A DNA stretch of 64,000 nucleotides from an uncultured Trueperaceae bacterium (GTDB lineage Bacteria > Deinococcota > Deinococci > Deinococcales > Trueperaceae). Below, piece by piece: positions 59,843-64,000 of this stretch; the stretch's first letter is position 1, and every line of letters begins with the position of its first letter. The position numbers were made by a program, and so were the translations under genes. A model generated the notes under the pieces. The model was not told where the DNA came from, made no database searches, and worked only from the letters and a program-made list of their open reading frames with translations. Location of the stretch: NCBI GenBank assembly GCA_963815215.1, contig CAWFFU010000011.1, positions 64,001 through 128,000 of the forward strand, in the 5' to 3' direction.

Positions 59843-60043
59843 ATGTTCGAACGTCTCTCCCAGCTTCCGACTCATGCACTCGCCGACGAGGCGCGCAGGC
59901 TCGAGCAAGGACTCATCGCGGGCGTCGCAGACGCCGCCGACATCGATGCCTTCGTCGCGTTCGCGAGCGAGCTGGGCCGGCGCCAGCTACTGGCGTGCGA
60001 GCTTTCCGACGCGCTGGACGCGCTTCTCGACCCTCGGGACTGA
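59843..60043 (+). CDS. 66-aa hypothetical helical protein
   Basis: GAGGAG RBS, upstream TAGACT -10, fills the gap between co-oriented genes. Confidence 0.55.
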   Translation: MFERLSQLPTHALADEARRLEQGLIAGVADAADIDAFVAFASELGRRQLLACELSDALDALLDPRD

Positions 60044-60143
60044 CCGGACCCAGCCCGCGCACGCCGGTCGGCGGACCCCTTCGCCCTGTCGCACATGAAT
60101 TCTTTCCACTTCAGGAGCCGCAGCTTCTGGTAATCTGGCGGCG

Positions 60144-61307
60144 ATGCTTCGTCGCCGACCGTTCTTCGCCCTTGCCTCGCTGCTCATCCTCGTGAACTTC
60201 ACGGCCGCCTGGGCCCAGAACGCCACCATCACCGTGCATCCCGGTGACACTCTGTGGGGTCTGGCGCAACGCTACAGCACGACAGTCGACGCCCTGCGCC
60301 AAGCCAACAGCCTGGTGGGCAGCGCGCTGCAACCGGGCGCGACCCTGAAACTCCCACAGAACGGCAATGCCACCCCCGACGCCTACGTCGTCCAGCCGGG
60401 CGATACCCTCTACGACATCGCGCTGGCGTTCCACCTCAGCGTCGACGACCTCATCGCCTACAACGACCTCAGCGGCTCCACCATCAAGCCGGGTCAAACG
60501 CTCAAGCTGCAACCGAGCACGCCGGCTCCGGCGCCGCTCGTCATCACGGTGCAGCCCGGCGACACGCTGTGGAACCTCGCGCAGAGTTACCAGGTCACGG
60601 TCCCGGCCCTGGCGAGCGCCAACAAGCTGGGCTCCGCGGACGTCATCCACCCCGGCGACAGCCTCACCGTCCCGGGACGTTACGCCGGTCCCAGCACCGA
60701 TACCGGCGGTCCCGTGCCGCCGACGGTGACGGTCAACAAGGGCGACAGTCTATGGTCGATCGCGCACCATTACAGCACCACTGTGGCGGCGCTGATGAGC
60801 GCCAACGATCTCCCGTCCACCGACCTCTTCGCCGGGCAGACGCTGCGCATCGTGCCCGCCGGCGAACTGGGAGCCGCGCGCACCAGCTACGCCGCTCCGA
60901 CGCCCGTGCCCGCCACGGGCATGATGTGGCCCATCCACGGTCCCATCACCTCGCACTTCGGCTACCGCCAACTTCGCGTCGACGGCTCGAACTTCCATAC
61001 CGGCCTCGACATCGCCGGCAACACCGGCGAGCCCATCCACGCCGCGGTGAGTGGAACCGTGGTGCTGGCGGGCTGGAACGGCGGGTACGGACTGTGCGTC
61101 ATCATCAAGAACGGCAACACGGCGTACTACTACGGCCACGCTTCCGCTCTGCTCGTGCAACAGGGACAGCAGATCCAGGAGGGCCAGGTGATCGCACGGG
61201 TCGGTACCACCGGTCACTCGACCGGCCCCCACCTGCACTTCGAGATCCGCGTCGACAACGAGCCGGTAGACCCGCTCCCGCTCCTCCAAACGCAAGCCAG
61301 TCGCTGA
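60144..61307 (+). CDS. Exported LysM x4 + M23 metallopeptidase (cell-wall hydrolase)
   Basis: Signal peptide; four VxPGD(T/S)LW-type LysM repeats; HTGLD and GHSTGPHLHFEIR. Confidence 0.93.
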   Translation: MLRRRPFFALASLLILVNFTAAWAQNATITVHPGDTLWGLAQRYSTTVDALRQANSLVGSALQPGATLKLPQNGNATPDAYVVQPGDTLYDIALAFHLSVDDLIAYNDLSGSTIKPGQTLKLQPSTPAPAPLVITVQPGDTLWNLAQSYQVTVPALASANKLGSADVIHPGDSLTVPGRYAGPSTDTGGPVPPTVTVNKGDSLWSIAHHYSTTVAALMSANDLPSTDLFAGQTLRIVPAGELGAARTSYAAPTPVPATGMMWPIHGPITSHFGYRQLRVDGSNFHTGLDIAGNTGEPIHAAVSGTVVLAGWNGGYGLCVIIKNGNTAYYYGHASALLVQQGQQIQEGQVIARVGTTGHSTGPHLHFEIRVDNEPVDPLPLLQTQASR

Positions 61308-61404
61308 GCCCACCCCCGCCGATGGGCGCCGTTCCTCCGACCGAACCCTCGCGCAGTGACCTCCGTCCGGCGACAACATCCGGGTGGACGTTCCGAGGTG
61401 GGCC

Positions 61405-62190
61405 GTGCACCTGATCGTCATCGGAGACATCCACATGCAGGCCGGCAAGCTGTGGCGGATCCTGCAGGAGGCCGAGCTCGCCGACGAAGGGCACCGGCCC
61501 ACCACCGCGTTCGTGCAGGGGGACACGCGCCTGGTGCTGCTGGGCGACCTGGTGCACGCCAAGAGCCGCGAGCGCTACGCCGAGCTCATCAACGTGCGCC
61601 GCTACGACGAGTACAACCCGCGTCACCTGGAGCGTGCGGAGAAGGCGCAGACGACCTTCCTGCGCGAGGTCAAGGGCTTCCAGGACCGCTTGCCCCCGGA
61701 CAAGATGGTGATCCTCATGGGCAACCACGACTTCAACGCCGTCCACCCTGAACAGGGTCCGCTACGCACCGACGACGTCTCGCACCTGGAGTGGAAAGTC
61801 GGTTACGGCGGCGAGATGGACCCGGAGATCCGCCAGTGGATCCTCGCCTGGCCCTCTGAGGTCGTCGTCGACGAGTTGCACCTGGCGCACGTCGGTCCGC
61901 TCACCGAGCACAACACCTACGACAACGGCTTCTACCTGGACAACCGGCGCCGCTGGATCTACGAGGAGCGCGACTTCCTGGAAGGCACCCCCTACCGACT
62001 CGGCGTCTACGGTCACACGCCGGTGCGCGGCGGCGTCAACATCGCTTCCCAGGGGCGGGCCATCCTGCTCGACACCAACGGCTACCAGGACGAGTACAGC
62101 TTCCTCGACATCGACATCGCCGAGCAGCGTTACCGCCTCCGCATGCGCGGGCTGTTCTTCGACGAGACCGTGGCGCGCGCCGACGGCTGA
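61405..62190 (+). CDS. Calcineurin-like metallophosphoesterase
   Basis: IGDIH, LGDLVH, GNHD, GHTP motifs. Confidence 0.88.
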   Translation: MHLIVIGDIHMQAGKLWRILQEAELADEGHRPTTAFVQGDTRLVLLGDLVHAKSRERYAELINVRRYDEYNPRHLERAEKAQTTFLREVKGFQDRLPPDKMVILMGNHDFNAVHPEQGPLRTDDVSHLEWKVGYGGEMDPEIRQWILAWPSEVVVDELHLAHVGPLTEHNTYDNGFYLDNRRRWIYEERDFLEGTPYRLGVYGHTPVRGGVNIASQGRAILLDTNGYQDEYSFLDIDIAEQRYRLRMRGLFFDETVARADG

Positions 62191-62230
62191 GCTCGACGGG
62201 GTCCTGCTCGACAGGGTCCCGCTCGACCGG

Positions 62231-64000
62231 CTACTGCTCGACCCGCGAGTCGTAGGTCGGGGTCATCACGAACCACGTGCGGAACGGCGCCAGGTCGACC
62301 GGCTGCCCGTCGGCCGTGACGAATCGCAGGCCGTTCGCCAGGTCCCAGTGGCCGCGGACGGCGCGCCCGTGCAGGTAGAGCGTGGCCGGGCCCCCCTGCA
62401 ACGGTATGTAGAGCCTGCCCTCTGGATCGTCGGGTAGCGGCCGCGCGCTGATCTTCGCCATCACCACCGCCTCCACCAGAACGTTCTCGCCAGACGCATC
62501 ATTGGCCCCGACGCCGTTGCGGATCCACCGGTAGCGGTCGAGCGTCGGGAAGTACCGGAAGCCCGTCTTGTAGTTGGCGCCGATGCGGTCCGTGACGGCG
62601 GTGACGGTGGGAGCGTCGCTGGGCGGGCGGAACAGCGTGCCGCTCAGCACGCGGGTGCGTTGCGGCATCAGCCGGTTCACCGCGCGCCGGAGGGCATCAC
62701 CCTGGCTGTAGAGGTTGTAGGGCGCCTTCCGCTGGCCGGCTCGTTCGAACAGGTCGTTACGATGGAGAGCGTCGAGCGTTGGCAAGGCGCCGTGAGCGAT
62801 CGCGATCATCGCGCCTGGTGAGCCGCCATCATGCACCAGCACGGCGTTCATGGACTCGGTGATCTTGACGAAGTAGTCCCGCGCGCTGCGGATGGGGCCG
62901 ACCTGACCGGGATCGGTGCTGTCGTAGACGAGCATGAGCCGCGTCAGGCCGCCCTCGACGGGCATCTCCACGATGCTCGAGGCCTGCTTCAAGCCTGTCT
63001 GCGGGTAGCCGTGGACGTTGTCGACCAGCACCGCCAGTGGACGCTCGAGCTGTTGCCGGTAGGGCGCCGGAGCCGTCACGGGCGAACCCGTGCCGTTGGC
63101 GGTGCCGTCCGGGGACGCGGCGCTGCCGCGACCGGCGGCGTTGGCCTGGGTCGTTCCGCCGACCTGCCCCGCCGACGGGGCGTTCCCGCCCGGGGTGCGG
63201 TTACCGGCACGGCTGGTGGCGACGTCGGTATTCCCGGGGGGCGCGCCGCTGCTGCCGGGCGCGCCCGCAGCAGGCGTCGGCGCGCGCACCTCGGCCCGCA
63301 CCGTCGGGACGGGCACCTGGAGAGCGGCACTGACGGAGACCTGCGGGGTCACCTGCACGTTGCGAGCGGTGCCGGCCGAGGCACTCGCTCGAGGCGCCTG
63401 CAGAGCACGGGCGGCGGCCACGGAAGCCGACGCCTGCGGAGCGCTCAGCGTTCGCGGCGCCGCCACCTGGGCCGACGCCTGCGGCGCCTGGAGCGGCTGT
63501 GCCGCCGCCACGCGGGCTTGTGCCTGTGGCGCGCTGAGGCTCTGCGCAACACTCGCCGACGCCTGCGGTCGGGGAACCGTCTGAGCGGCGCTCACCTGGG
63601 CCTGCACCTGCGGCGTGGGCAGCTTCTGGGCCTGCGCCACGCTGGACTGCGGCGTGATGGCCAGGGTGGTCGCCTGCGGTACGTCGGCCTGCGCCTGCGG
63701 CCGGGGGATGGTGAACGCCGGCGGCGTCTGTTGGGGCGGGAGCTGCACCGGGTTGATGGCGGGAAGGGTGGCCGCGGTGATGTCCCCTGACGGCTGCGCC
63801 GTCGCCGGCGTGGCGGGTGCCGCCGCGCTCGGCGGGGTCAGGCTGGGAGCCGGCGCTTCGGCCGTGCGCGCGGGGGGGGCCTGCGGCTGTTCGGCCGGTT
63901 TCTGCGCCTGCGGCTGCGGCTGCACCGGTGTCGCCGGCTGCGCCGTGGCCGGCTGGGGCTCGGGCGCCTGCGGCTGCGGCTGCGGCGCGCTTCGCGCCTG
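62231..64000 (-). CDS. DUF3048-like domain protein with long Pro/Ala/Gln-rich repetitive stalk, 5' end outside window
   Basis: RPLAVLVDN, PQTGLKQA, EMPVEGGLTRLM, VGPIRSARDYF, RKAPYNLY; the frame is open to the right edge. Confidence 0.8.
   Translation of the reverse strand, partial: QARSAPQPQPQAPEPQPATAQPATPVQPQPQAQKPAEQPQAPPARTAEAPAPSLTPPSAAAPATPATAQPSGDITAATLPAINPVQLPPQQTPPAFTIPRPQAQADVPQATTLAITPQSSVAQAQKLPTPQVQAQVSAAQTVPRPQASASVAQSLSAPQAQARVAAAQPLQAPQASAQVAAPRTLSAPQASASVAAARALQAPRASASAGTARNVQVTPQVSVSAALQVPVPTVRAEVRAPTPAAGAPGSSGAPPGNTDVATSRAGNRTPGGNAPSAGQVGGTTQANAAGRGSAASPDGTANGTGSPVTAPAPYRQQLERPLAVLVDNVHGYPQTGLKQASSIVEMPVEGGLTRLMLVYDSTDPGQVGPIRSARDYFVKITESMNAVLVHDGGSPGAMIAIAHGALPTLDALHRNDLFERAGQRKAPYNLYSQGDALRRAVNRLMPQRTRVLSGTLFRPPSDAPTVTAVTDRIGANYKTGFRYFPTLDRYRWIRNGVGANDASGENVLVEAVVMAKISARPLPDDPEGRLYIPLQGGPATLYLHGRAVRGHWDLANGLRFVTADGQPVDLAPFRTWFVMTPTYDSRVEQ
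63290..63625 (-). repeat. Degenerate 45-nt (15-aa) tandem coding repeat, about 7 copies
   Basis: LSAPQAQARVAAAQP / LQAPQASAQVAAPRT / LSAPQASASVAAARA / LQAPRASASAGTARN. Confidence 0.7.

Overview
High-GC bacterial chromosome segment, most likely Deinococcota (Trueperaceae-like). This is inferred from a five-domain S1 protein, an ATP-cone 2-phosphoglycerate kinase, an extended TrmB, an HspR-type operator at lon and pervasive leaderless genes. Most of the window is housekeeping: trxB, trmB, plsX, rluD, rpsA, htpX/lemA, mnmA, recJ, argS (split by a 1-nt homopolymer frameshift), lon, tpiA, argB, an LptF/G/D-like envelope operon and a peptide ABC/peptidase operon. The notable region is about 29.9-38.5 kb. 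Its core is lower in GC and has no integrase. It holds two TPR-like regulators with C-terminal winged-helix domains, an atypical LuxR-type protein, a membrane HD-GYP protein, an RlmL-like methyltransferase and an unannotated 33-aa Sec propeptide (MKNTGKRIFAAIVFAALAAMPFVATA|GVSMIKR). The propeptide is transcribed divergently from one TPR regulator behind a ~245-nt multi-hairpin leader. Nearby are candidate small RNAs whose C-rich (CUCCCA, UCCCAUCUCUUCC) and G-rich (UGGGAG, GGAAGAGAUGGGA) motifs are mutually complementary. I interpret this as a candidate peptide-pheromone/TPR-receptor signalling cassette with an sRNA layer, next to an Opp/Dpp-type importer. All calls come from reading motifs by eye; no searches or folding programs were run.
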